A DNA stretch of 64,000 nucleotides from Rhodosorus marinus CCMP1338 (Eukaryota; Plantae; Rhodophyta), in the NCBI GenBank assembly GCA_029953675.1, contig JAMWBK010000012.1, positions 930,001-994,000 of the forward strand, given 5' to 3'. Positions 49,152 to 60,800 of the stretch are shown piece by piece. Every line of letters begins with the position of its first letter. Positions within the stretch are counted from its first letter, which is position 1. Both the position numbers and the translations under genes were made by a program. Under the pieces are notes generated by a model. That model did no database searches. It was not told the DNA's origin and saw only the letters and a list, made by a program, of their open reading frames with translations.

Positions 49152-50948
49152 ATGAGTGAGCTGGGTTTTGAGGAAGACCATGCGGTTCAAACTATGCTTA
49201 GCGTTTCGTTTGTCTACGTACCTCTATCTGGGAGTCCTCGACTTGCGTTTCACTATCCCGTAAGTCAACTCAGATGATCGAGGCTGATGCAGGTGTGGCA
49301 CTTGCCATTTCTGATTGTCTACTTTTGTGGCTTTAGGAGCCGATGTCTGAAATAAAAAGCGACGGAGCGATGAGCGACGGCAGTGGAGGAAGTCTCGGAG
49401 ATTCCAGCCGCGTGCACTCCTTGCCGCGAGCATTCTTCGCAGATTTTCTGTGCGCAAAACTCCAGCTCTGCGATGCGGTCATGGATATCACAATTGATCG
49501 CCTTCGTTTCATTGGATATCCCCTCCTCCTCCCATCTTCAAATCCACATTCAAAACCGGAGAGAACAGTCCAACATGATATCAAGAGCTTCAACGTCGTC
49601 TTCACCGTGAATCGAAGCGAACTCCTTAAGAACAGGGGTCCACTACACATGCCTACAGCATGCTCCAGAGCTTCAAAGGTGAGCTGAAGAGTCTGTACCC
49701 GAGCAATAAATTGTCCGATCTATGGAGCATTTCCGATCTCATTCCTTTTCATGATTTTTTTAGGTCATCGGCATTGCCTTGCGGTACGAAGAGATGAGAT
49801 GCGGATACCTTTCCGAACAAGTCGCGCTGTTGAAGACCGGTTCTTATAGTCATAACCAAGCAAGCTCCAACCACTGTAACCTCTCTATGGTGCTTACGGA
49901 GACTTTTGAGAGCCTTCGTTCATGTAAGCTCTGCTTCACTTTGTTCTCTCTGACGATGCCCCTCTGTGCTAAGACCACTCCATGCGTTATCTCCCGAACC
50001 CAAGCGTTGATAACGCGTGTCTTCGTGAACGGATGGTTGGAAGTCTCGTTGCCTCCTCCCTACGAACCGATCGAGCCGAGTGATAGAGAACCGATACGAC
50101 CGTATCAGACGATGCTCCCAATCGATTCCGATATCTCAAAGCTCGAAGCTTTGCTTCCTAGAGGCGCATCACAGGTCGTACGAACGCTTCTTCGAGAAGC
50201 CAACCCGTGCAAGAGGTGAGCCGCTCACCGGAGTTCCGAACTCCATGACGCGGGACTGATCGAGAAGACTTCCTTTATGTTTGTCAGCTTTCAGGACCTG
50301 GAGGTTGAAATCGACATCCCTTTGGAGACTCTCCTGATGGCTGCCGGGACATTGGTGGAGTGGCACCTCGGAATCATCTCAGAGACTATATCAAAGCACA
50401 ACGTGTATGTGGTATCGCCTACAGCTGATATTGCCGTTGGCAGCCCGCTGTACTTTGAGTTTGAAAAGTTTTCTGGAAACGTCCGTGATCGGCGTTGGTC
50501 ACTCCCTGGTCTCCTGCTTCAGTTCTCTGCCCCGCAGACGCTTGAGAAACATCGAACGGCTCTTGGGGTGCGTGTTCGCCGTTAACGACCAAGGAAGCTC
50601 GAATAGAAACTGACAAGGTCTAGCGCAATGGCCGTTTAGGGATCTGCGGTTCTTGTCATGGAGTTCATTGCCTGTCTGATCTGGCTCATTCGAATTGGTC
50701 TGGTAATCCAGCTGAAGACGTATATCCACCTCAGTCTGTTCGACTACAGCGAGGAGGAACGAGCGGCGGTGCTCAATGAGAAGTATGGATCGCGAAGTGA
50801 TTTCCACAGCTTCCTCAAGCTCACCAAGTATTTCGATGGCAAGCACCATGTGGAGGACATCATGTGGAGAGAGAACTGTACCCGCGAGGAGCTCTTTCGA
50901 ATCATCGACTCTTATCCAGATGTCCTAACGACGTGTGTTCACGAGTGA
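49152..50948 (+). CDS. NPRL3: GATOR1/SEACIT subunit NPRL3 (Npr3), multi-exon
   Basis: N-terminal LSVSFVYV..SPRLAFHYP; FFADFLCAK..LC..MDITID.LRFIGYP; FNVVF; HCNLSMVL; IRPYQTML; SFQDL..DIPL..L..LV.W; NVYVVSP; C-terminal FLKL.KYFDGKHHVEDIMWREN..R.EL. All are characteristic NPRL3 blocks. Confidence 0.85.
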
Positions 50949-51708
50949 GTACAACCTCCGAGAGGACACTATCAAAATATTTTTAGCACGCCCGCAAGTC
51001 TATTCCGACGTCCTCACGAACTGTACTCACGAGCAGGCGCAGCTCTGCTACTGGTTTGAGTCAAGTGCCTTTGGAACGCCATCGGCACATGCTCGCTGTT
51101 CTATTAAGACGTCCTCGTGACGAGCTCTCACCGGCGAGCCCGCTGCGTTTACGGATAAAAGGGCTCTTGGGAAGAAGTGAGTTGTAGCTTCTCGCCAAAC
51201 AGAATCCGCAAACATCCGGAAGAGAACAAAGAGCGAACGTGAACTGCTTGTTTCCATGTTTTATAACCAAACCTAGCTTTGAAACAGTTACACAACTAGA
51301 TTAGAAAGAAATGAAGCAAAACATAAAAGCCTTGACTGTACATATCTGTTGACATAATAATTACAAACACAAGAACCAAGCCGCCCCTCTTTCCAGAACA
51401 GCAACCCTATGAAATAATCATACCCCAGTTTTCCCATCGCCGGGACGGGATTCACTTGAGCACCTAAACGGCAATACACTGCTACGAAGGTTGTCTCATG
51501 TGGTAACAGCCTTCCTCCGAGTACGTCATCTTGAGCTTCCTATTGCGGCGCCCCGCACCGCTGGCGCCACTTGTTGGGCTGTGAGATCAGCAGTACTTCC
51601 TTGGACTACAGCAGTCTCCGCAACGAACGTGTTGGAGTGCCGGGAATCGTCCATTGGTTTCCCAGTACGAATTCTGCACCCCCTTAGTTTCAACAGGCGC
51701 GGAATTCA

Positions 51709-54700
51709 CTAAAAGCCGACGGTAATGTTCCTCTTATGCCTAGACTTGGTCTGTTCCTCCACATTGTTGTGGTCGGTGAAAACCACCTGTTGGAGATTCG
51801 AATCCGACAGAGTTCGCTTTAGACGGCGATGTCTGTTCATGATTCCGATCACGGGGTTGTACTGCTGGTGCATTCCTCCACCAGCGTTGTCGTAGTGGAA
51901 CATGAGAACATCCCTGAGGTTGTATTCGACACCGCGGCGTTCGAGCACAGGCGCGTGTTCGGCAACATCCTCTTCCGCTATCGCCTTCTCCGGGAGGACG
52001 TCCTCCCGGGTGAGGCCAGCCTTCATGAGCTCTTGCACGATCGTTTTCTCGTGTGGAAACTCTTGACGTTGCAAGTACTGCTTTAGAAGGACCGGCCCGC
52101 ATCCAGCAACAACAGTTGCCAACAGGAGAAGCCAGAACCCCCACGACGCATAAATCTCCTGGAACGTATTCAGCCAGAGGGGTGAAAGGTCGCTGTCAAA
52201 TGCCACGCCGGCTGACGAGAAGATGAGCCCGCCGTAGAATATGAACGTTGTAAAGAAGATCCAAAGGATAAATGTGTAAGGGTTCCAGCTCGAAGCGGTC
52301 AACAGCAGCTGGAAGTTGACAATCGTTAGAACGTTGGTGAACGAAGTAGCAGCGAACCCTGACATGCCAATGAGCCGCCCGTTGAACTGGGGACCTTCAA
52401 AATCGGCCGCCACGGGAAAGAAGAAGGAGATGGCAGACTGGTAGAAGCTCAGCCCGTACCACCACAGGAAGCTCCGATAGCCGGAAAGTATTCGCTGTTG
52501 GCCGCGCCGGTAAACTTCCTATCGGTCCAGAGACGGCGTTTGGCGAGTGCGCGTGGTGAGCAAATGCAGAGAAAACGGCCCAAAGACCACGTTGAAAGAA
52601 TAATGCCTCACCGGGAACATCAGCGCATAGTTCGCGGGCATGTCACGGTCGTAGACACCGAGCACGACCGGCAAGACAGCGGACAGCAGCACATTATAGA
52701 GTCCAGCAAGCATTGGATCGACGAACAGCTGTCCCGAGTAGTCGTTGTAAAAGGCAAAGTAGACCTCGAGCAACGCGACGGTGATGGACTTGTAGATAAT
52801 ATAGAGCGCCATCTTCGTCATTCTCCTATAGTTCCACCTTCCGTGAACAAGAAGCAGGCGCTGTAGAAACCGAAATCGTGTAAAAGCAAAATCCGAAGCA
52901 AGCTTGGCCTCGACACCTTCTACACCAACAATACCAACACCGACATGCGCAGCCCCAATCATTCCGACATCGTTGGCCCCGTCCCCGATAGCCATCGTCA
53001 CCTGTCGAGATTTTGAGGAGTTTTCCGACCGGTTCAGTTTCCTCCTTCTCTCTCCCTTCGAATGCTCAAGTGGATGCCGAAGACAGCGGGGGAAATGGGC
53101 TGACATACCTTGTCTTTATCCCACGTCCGAACCGCCTCAACGAGTTCCGTCTTCTGTTTTGGGGCCACTCTGCATGCCAACACAGTTTTGCACATCTTGC
53201 CCAGCAGAACAAGCTTCTTCTCCAGCTCAGTCTTCAGCACAAACTGCAGCGTGTGTCCGTCGATAACCAAGCCAAAGTTCGTGGAAGCTTTGCCCATCAT
53301 CTCTCTAAGCGACCTCCACACGCCAATCGCGCGGTCCATCTGCGCTTCCACGTCCTCGAAACTATCCTCGTTGATGACCACCAGGTTGAGGACATCCTCC
53401 AGCAGCCCACACGACACGCCAATGTTGATAGCCGTTTCCTAAGAAGGCGAGAATTCGCACAGGCGAAAGAAGCAAAAGCATGTTAGTGACCAGCCCGTTG
53501 CAAGCCAGGCTTATAGCCTGGGACACCGTCGTCAATGGTATGCTCGACGTGCCCCGCAACTCACCTGTTTGTCACCGGTGAGGATCCAAGTCTTGATTCC
53601 AGCGTGCTCAAGCGCCTTGAGGGTCTCTGGTACTTGTTCCTGGAGCGAGTCTTCAATGGCGGTCGCACCAAGGAGCGTCATGTTGCTCTCAATCCGAGTT
53701 GCGACCTCCTCGAGAGCTGCTTCCCTACCCTCAGTCAGCACCTGGGTTTTTGAAAACTCCTGGTACCACGCGTTAAATTCATCCTGTTCGACTTCCCGGT
53801 AGCACATAGTGAGCGTTCGGAGCCCGGTCGCGGCGAACCGGTCGAGAACTCCGCTCAAACGATGCGTTTCCTCGTCCTGCCCTTCGGCCAGCAGTTTGAA
53901 GATGACGAAATCTGCTCCTTTGCAGTAGATTCGAATCTTTCCATCGTAGGGCGAACGGACAATTATGGACATCCTCTTCCTCGATGAGTTGAACTCGAGC
54001 ACGCCTAAAAGCTCCCAGGTTTCGCTCCTACCACATACGTTCACCGTCATGTCCTTATTGGTTCGGCCTTCGAACTCGTAGCCCATCTCCTTACATGCCG
54101 TTACCAGCGCTACTTCATCCGGCGACGTCCCGACATACTTTTCCTCCTCAATAACCACCGAATTGCACATGGAAAGCAGCCGGAAGAACTCCACGCTCGG
54201 CCTTCCGTTGCCATGTTTCGCATCGACCCTGTTGATTGCCTCCAAGTCGGCCCTGAGGTCCTCAAGCGATTCCGCGTTGTCGTCTATGGGTTTCTCCTCG
54301 TAGATCCCATTGTCTATGACGAACTTTTTAAACACCATGCAGTTGGAGGTCAGCGTGCCGGTCTTGTCAGAGAACAAGTAGCTGACGTTTCCACACTCTT
54401 CGTTGAGATTGGAAGTCCTCACGCTCAACCGCATGTCGCGGTCGGCATCATAAAAGTTGTCATCGAGCCCCATGAACAAAGCTTGGAAGAGCCTCGCGAT
54501 CTCCATCGATACGTACAGTGCCAGGGGAACCATATTGGCTGTCGCAGCGATGTAGGTGAAGAAGAGGAGGAAAAAGTCGAATGGATCGCACGCATCTGCG
54601 GAGCTCAAATACCACGGAAGTGTCCCATCACGCTCATTCGCATAACAGCTCGCAGCGGATATGCCGACGATGATGATCACTAGGAAGACTTGCGTGAGGA

Positions 54701-55828
54701 AGGTAATGACCAAGAAGATGTCCAGCCTCTTCTCCAGTGTCGATCGTTTCCTGGGCTTGGGTTTGTTGTTTCGGGCGATCTTTGTATCGGCGCCGGTGTT
54801 CACGATCAGGCCGTGTATCCACGGGGTGTTGCGCAGCTTGCATCCCCTCGGAAGAAACTGATCGAGTCCCAGAGGAAAGTGTTCGTCCTTGCCATCGATC
54901 TTCAGCGTTGCAAACCCAGAAAACTCGTAGATCCGGTCATTGGGATGATCACATTCGACGCTTCCAATCACCTCCACCGCATTCGACTCCTCATGAAAAC
55001 GCTCCTGAAACAGGGGTGGAGCAAACTTGACCTTGAGATTCGACTCTCCGTCCAGCTGCTTTGTCTCAATGTAGGCCAGACCATCACTTTCACAAGAAGC
55101 CACAAGAACAATGTCCGCAGGAACCAAGTCCTGGTCCTCCAGACGAATCACGTCTCCTACCCTCAACTCTCCCCATTTGCATTCGCCTTTACTTCCCAGA
55201 ACCTGAGCAGGGCAATTCACCAGGAAGCGTTCTAGTGAGATCTCCGAGCTCAACCCCGTCTCAATAGTCAACGAGATGGGAAATTCTCCTGTGCATCTTT
55301 CACAGGTCCACAACATTGGGGTTCTTTCCCTACCTGAGCTTTCGATCGATTAAGCCGTCCGTCCTCTCTATGCCTCCAAAAGTCCTCATACCCTTCCTTA
55401 ACTGCGGTTATGCCGATAACGATACAGAGGGAAATGATCTGGCCGAATCTGCTCCCGGCGGTGGAGGGAGTTATGGAATCGATGAGGTAGAGCACTCCAA
55501 CGAAGAGAAAATAAAGGTTTGCAAACCGGCTAAACTGTTCATACAAAAACTTGGGCGCCGCGTTGTACCAGTAGTACTTTGCCGTCCGGATTTTATTCGA
55601 CGGGTAGCGCGAATTCGCCGCAGTATCATTGAGCGCGATCTCTCGACGCTCCTCTTCAACAGAATCAGCAACAAGGCCAAACCTCGAGCCAAGAAACCTA
55701 GAAATCCTATGAAACCGCTTCCCAGTGTTCTCAGCAGCGGCATTAAACCTGTTCACATACGTATGATCGAACAAATAAGGCTGCTTTCCTTCATCCAACT
55801 GCCTATAAATATCATCGGACCCAATCAT
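51709..55828 (-). CDS. P4-type ATPase (phospholipid flippase, DRS2/ALA/ATP8 family), multi-exon
   Basis: NKIRTAKY..FLYEQFSRFANLYFL; YIETKQLDGESNLK; SDKTGTLT; SPDEVALV; TGDKQ; CRVAPKQK; AIGDGANDV; SDFAF.RFRFL.RLLLVHGRWNY. Confidence 0.95.
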
Positions 55829-56073
55829 CCTCTACCCGACACCCTCCCCCACACACAAATACACCCACACACACACCTCCCAATAGACTACTCCTTACTA
55901 TAGGCTATCCCATAGCTTTCTGATCACCCATACCCCACTCCATCTCCATCTCTTCCACAATACATACCCCTTCACCCCCCAAAATTCTTCTCCTCACCTA
56001 CGCTCCCTCCCCGCCCTCCCCAACGCTAAAAAAGCAAACATTTCCAATTACCATCCACAATGCAAATCCCTGC

Positions 56074-56522
56074 AAAATCACCCCCTTAAACAAAAGTTTC
56101 TCCATAAACAAAAAAAAAAAGTCAAGGCCAGTTTGTCTCTACTAAGGACAGTCTGTCCTCAACAATTTTCTTCCAAAAACACGACAATCTTAAATACTGA
56201 AAAAGTATATATAATATAATATTTGCCTTGCTCCTTTCTCGCCATATTGGGAGAGAGCGAGAGAGATGGTCAATTTACCACCCCCTCGTTTTCACCCTTT
56301 TTTGTATTCCGTGAAAAACCCAACAAAAAAAAGTCAAAAAAATTCTCCCCCTCCCCCTCCCCCTCTTTTTTCATCATTTTCTGTCCACTCCATGACGCAA
56401 AAGGACTGGGCAAATAAATACAATTGTTTTGATAAAACAATTTTGTTATGGACAGGTTGTCCTTAATAAAGACAGGCTGGTGATATTTGTTTTTTGATTA
56501 TGAAGAAACTTTTGGTGATTTT
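56074..56522. mobile_element. ~450-bp degenerate foldback (MITE-like) with ~100-bp imperfect inverted arms
   Basis: AAAATCACC..CAAAAGTTTCTCCATAA.CAAAAAA..CCAGTTTGTCT.TA.TAAGGACA..CTGTCC (56074-56160) pairs with 56450-56522. GACAGTCTGTCCTCAA also occurs alone at ~26194. Confidence 0.5.
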
Positions 56523-57059
56523 AAGTGTCAATCATTTCTTCTTTTGATAAAGTGAATTTTGAAATTTTGTAAGGATCAGCTCAGTCTTTTTTTTCAGTAG
56601 AGATTGAGTATGGTATTTTTATGTGAGCGGGAGAGGGGGGGGGGGAAGATTTTTTGGTTGTTTGGTTTTGGAAATGAGGATGTGAATAAAATTTTGAATT
56701 ATATATGTTTTGTGAAATGTGGTGGAGGACCTGTACATGAGTTTTTTGAGAGAGGGGGGGGGGAAGGGCGATGGAGCGGAGAAGCTGTGAAGAGGTTTGA
56801 TATTGCGGTTCGCCATTCTCGAGTTGGGGTTTGCGTTGATTGCAATGTAGTGATCACAGACTGCAGTGGAGTTATAGCCAACCGCACAGTATTTTCCACT
56901 GCACACGTCACACGTCTGTGGTTTTGATCGTTCCTAGACCAAGACGAGGATGCAAGACTGCTTGATAAAAGCAGTTATCAAACTCCCATAAAACCGATCG
57001 GTTCATAACGCTCCGAAAGAAAAATGTGCGAACAAGCACAAGCAGCAACAACTGCTGCC

Positions 57060-57830
57060 GCTAGAAAGAGACGAGGTCATAAGTACGTTTGAGGCGGGTG
57101 GGTTCTTGCCCGCCCGTGGATATTGCACCGACGTGGAAGAACCTGTTTCGAGCACGCAAACAACCTTTTCGATAGGGCAATTCAGCGTGGCTTTACTCGG
57201 AGGCCTCGGCCACGGATGTACACCTGGGACAGGGCGCAGGGATCGCAGCTGTTCCTTCACCTTACCGGTCAAGGAAGCGGTCGTAACATCCCCCAGTTCA
57301 ACTTCCAAATTTTCCATCGCAGCCATAATCAGAAATGCCCTTACAATTTGGGAGTCGACGCGAGCCGGATTTGTTTCGTCGCATTTTGAGTGAGCCTCCA
57401 GTCCAGAGACAAGACAAGACGAGCGCAGCAGCGTCAGAGAATCAGACTCAAAGAAGCGTACGGCCGAGAAAGAACAATAGGGGCTGTCACAGTAGAACAT
57501 GCGCAACCTGGCACCTACAGCGCTGCCTAAGAATCCAAAGACCTCGATAGCTAAGGGAACAAACTGATGAGCCAACGCAGATTGAAAAGCCGTCTGTTGG
57601 CGAGCGCCTCCACGGACACTATTCGTACCAATCCAAGGTTGGTTTTGACCCACTCGCAGCGGATGAAGCTAGAGCCCCAGCTGGTGTTTTGTGGTATTCA
57701 TACCACCATGTAGGAGACCTAGCTTCCTTCATTGCGTCCCACTGGGAAACGAGCTGCGGTCCAAACTCGAAGCGCAGTAGTACGAAGCCGAGGTCGACGT
57801 GGATCACTTAGCCAAAGAGCAGTTGCAGGC
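57060..57830 (-). mobile_element. Ty1/Copia RT relic, interrupted by an RLE-retroelement fragment
   Basis: ET..ARV..QIVRAFLIMAAMENLEVELGDVTTA.LTG.VKE resembles Copia ETFxPV..IR..L..AA...L...Q.DV.TAFL.G.L.E; upstream WDAMKE resembles W..AM.EE. Confidence 0.6.
57410..57610 (-). mobile_element. RLE-domain 3' fragment of another CRE-like family
   Basis: HQFVPLAIEVFGFLGSA lies between the two Copia segments. Confidence 0.5.
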
Positions 57831-57893
57831 CTTGGATTTCTTGGGCCTTTCTGTCTCACGAAATGCAACGGGGGGGAGGCACTCCAATTTTGT

Positions 57894-60800
57894 GTAACCG
57901 TAAGCTTTACTGGGCAGCTGCCTACTGCAGCGTAACACTGCTTCTATCGCTATCTAGGGGAATACTTACTCGAACCCCGCTACCGGGGTCTCATGCTACG
58001 TTCTAAAGAAAAAACAGGCACCAGTGGATTATCCAACTGGTCCACGCGCAAAGCGCCTAGCGCTATCTCGGCATTACCTCGCCAAAGTTGCCGGTTTATC
58101 TGCGATCTTATATCGCTCAGTTCTAGGCTCCGGTGCAACAAACGCTTGCAGCTGTCCCGCAGAAACTCCTGTGCCATCGGTCCAGTCCGCCCAAATGTTT
58201 CTATTGCAATTGGGATGAACTTGTCATCCGGGTGTTCTATCGTCATCGCCTCCTTGTAGTGTGCTTTCTTCCACCTCTCTGCACATCTTGCTGCATATCC
58301 ACTCTCCCCCCTCACTACGCCTCAGATATTTCCCTTGCAGAGGAGACACAACCGTCACGTCCAGCGCATACCGTTGAAATGTCCTCGGATGCGTAGCAAT
58401 GATGTCTGGCCGTAGCCCGTAATGTTCAAAGTACTTCTCTGGCTCCTGCTCGATCTCCACAAAGTTCCACCTGTTCAGCCACCTTCCGATCTCCGTGCAT
58501 ATCTCGTCATGCCTACAATGCCACAGGCCAGTCGACGTGAGGCAATGATGAAAGCGTTGTACTCCGTTTGCACCGTGTTTACCACGGCATCGAGTACACT
58601 TTTCCGTAGTCCGCAGCCCCGGAATCGGTAGCCCCAGTAGTTGTGGGATATTCACCTGTATTTCGATCGAGCCCAGCTATTTCGGCTCCAACGTCGGCAG
58701 TTCGCGCAGCCAGGCTCCCGATCCAGAGCCCGCCGCGGACCTGATGCGAGCGCGAAGTTCGCCGGAGATGCGCGGATTGTTAACCAGGTGTTGGAATGCT
58801 GAATGGTGTGCCTCCCGAGAGAGAGTTTGTCGTGTAGAACCATTGTTCCAATCGCCACAGTCTTCTGGGCCTTCTCCTGGGGGGTTTTCCTTTGTCTGCT
58901 GCAGGGTGGCCAGTCTTCTGATCCGGGGCGGAGTTTCAGGGCGCAGCCTGCGTTGTATCGCTCGAGCAGATGATTGTATCTGGTCTGCAAGGTGTTCTGT
59001 GGACCATTGTAGTCGTGTCGCGGTGTTCGTAGCCGGAATTCTGTCTGTACAGACCTGCCTCTGCAGCTCAGCGATGTAAGGCCAGTCGCCTGTATTGCTT
59101 CGAAAGGTATTTGTCCAAGCCGAGTAATAAGCGATAGGTTGGATACGCCGTCGAGTAGCGAACCCCAATCCCCCCCACCGGCAAGGCAGCGCAATCTGTT
59201 CCCAGATGTGTCCCAGGTGCTCCTCGTCCTCCATGCCAGAAGTAGCAAGGCCGCCGAGCAAGGTTTCCAGATTATATCTCGTCCTGGTATCCGCCTCCCG
59301 TGCCAGACTGCGGCCGAACGGGTAGGCTAGGCATCGTAGCAGATAATCTAGGCGTGTTTTAGCGCAGTACCTGAACGATGCGACCTGTGCGTTAAGTTCA
59401 TGTTGCGGTAGCTGGGCTATTTCCTCGATGACCTTTTCGTGCTTCTTTTGAAGCGCACGGCACTCGTGCTCGAGGCAGGTCTATACAGACAGAATTCCGG
59501 CTACGAACACCGCGACACGACTACAATGGTCCACAGAACACCTTGCAGACCAGATACAATCATCTGCTCGAGCGATACAACGCAGGCTGCGCCCCGAAAC
59601 TCCGCCCCGGATCAGAAGACTGGCCACCCTGCAGCAGACAAAGGAAAACCCCCCAGGAGACGCCGCAGAAGACTGTGGCGATTGGAACAATGGTTCTACA
59701 CGACAAACTCTCTCTCGGGAGGCACACCATTCAGCATTCCAACACCTGGTTAACAATCCGCGCATCTCCGGCGAACTTCGCGCTCGCATCAGGTCCGCGG
59801 CGGGCTCTGGATCGGGAGTCTGGCTGCGCGAACTGCCGACGTTGGAGCCGAAAAAGCTGAGCTCGATCGAAATACAGGTGAATATCCCACAACTACTGGG
59901 GCTACCGATTCCGGGGCTGCGGACTACGGAAAAGTGTACTCGATGCCGTGGTAAACACGGTGCAAACGGAGTACAACGCTTTCATCATTGCCTCACGTCG
60001 ACTGTAAGGCCAGTCGCCTGTATTGCTTCGAAAGGTATTTGTCCAAGCCGAGTAATAAGCGATAGGTTGGATACGCCGTCGAGTAGCGAACCCCAATCCC
60101 CCCCCACCGGCAAGGCAGCGCAATCTGTTCCCAGATGTGTCCCAGGTGCTCCTCGTCCTCCATGCCAGAGGTAGCAAGGCTGCCGAGCAAGGTTTCCAGA
60201 TTATATCTCGTCATGGTATCCGCCTCCCGTGCCAGACTGCGGCCGGACGGGTAGGCTAGGCATCGTAGCAGATAATCTAGGCGTGTTTCAGCGCAGTACC
60301 TCAACAATGCGACCTGTGCGTTAAGTTCATGTTGCGGTAGCTGTGCTATTTCCTCGATGACCTTTTCGTGCTTATATATTCCCGGTTTCCTATCGGGACC
60401 GAATGGATAGTGACGCCTTCTCGGGTGACATGTATGCCAGGAATCTCGCGATTGATGACTCGCGCCGTCGTCATGGCTCGGCCGTATAGCGTGCATTTGT
60501 TGAGTTGTAGGCGGGCCCCAACTATGCTCCCATCTCTCAAGAGATGGGAGCATAGTTCGGCTCCAGGCTAGTGCTTGCTTCAGTTCCTGCAGGGGTCCCA
60601 CGATCGTAATATCGTCATGGATAGCGACAATCGTTAGATCGGAGAACTTTGTTCGCAGAGCTTTTAGGAACGGTGCGAGCGCTAGTGCATGTAGCACCGG
60701 CCCAAGAGGGTCTCCCTGTTGTACTCCCGTAGCTGCTTGGAGCGTCAGTCGTGAGTGTTCCGTTTGGTTCTCTCCAGGTGCAGAGCGCCAGCCGCAAAGG

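Noticed and set aside
57880-57894. AATTTTG next to the CRE 3' end as a possible Sm site or SL-RNA target
   Set aside because: The flank belongs to the Copia relic and no SL-RNA or snRNA structure is evident.
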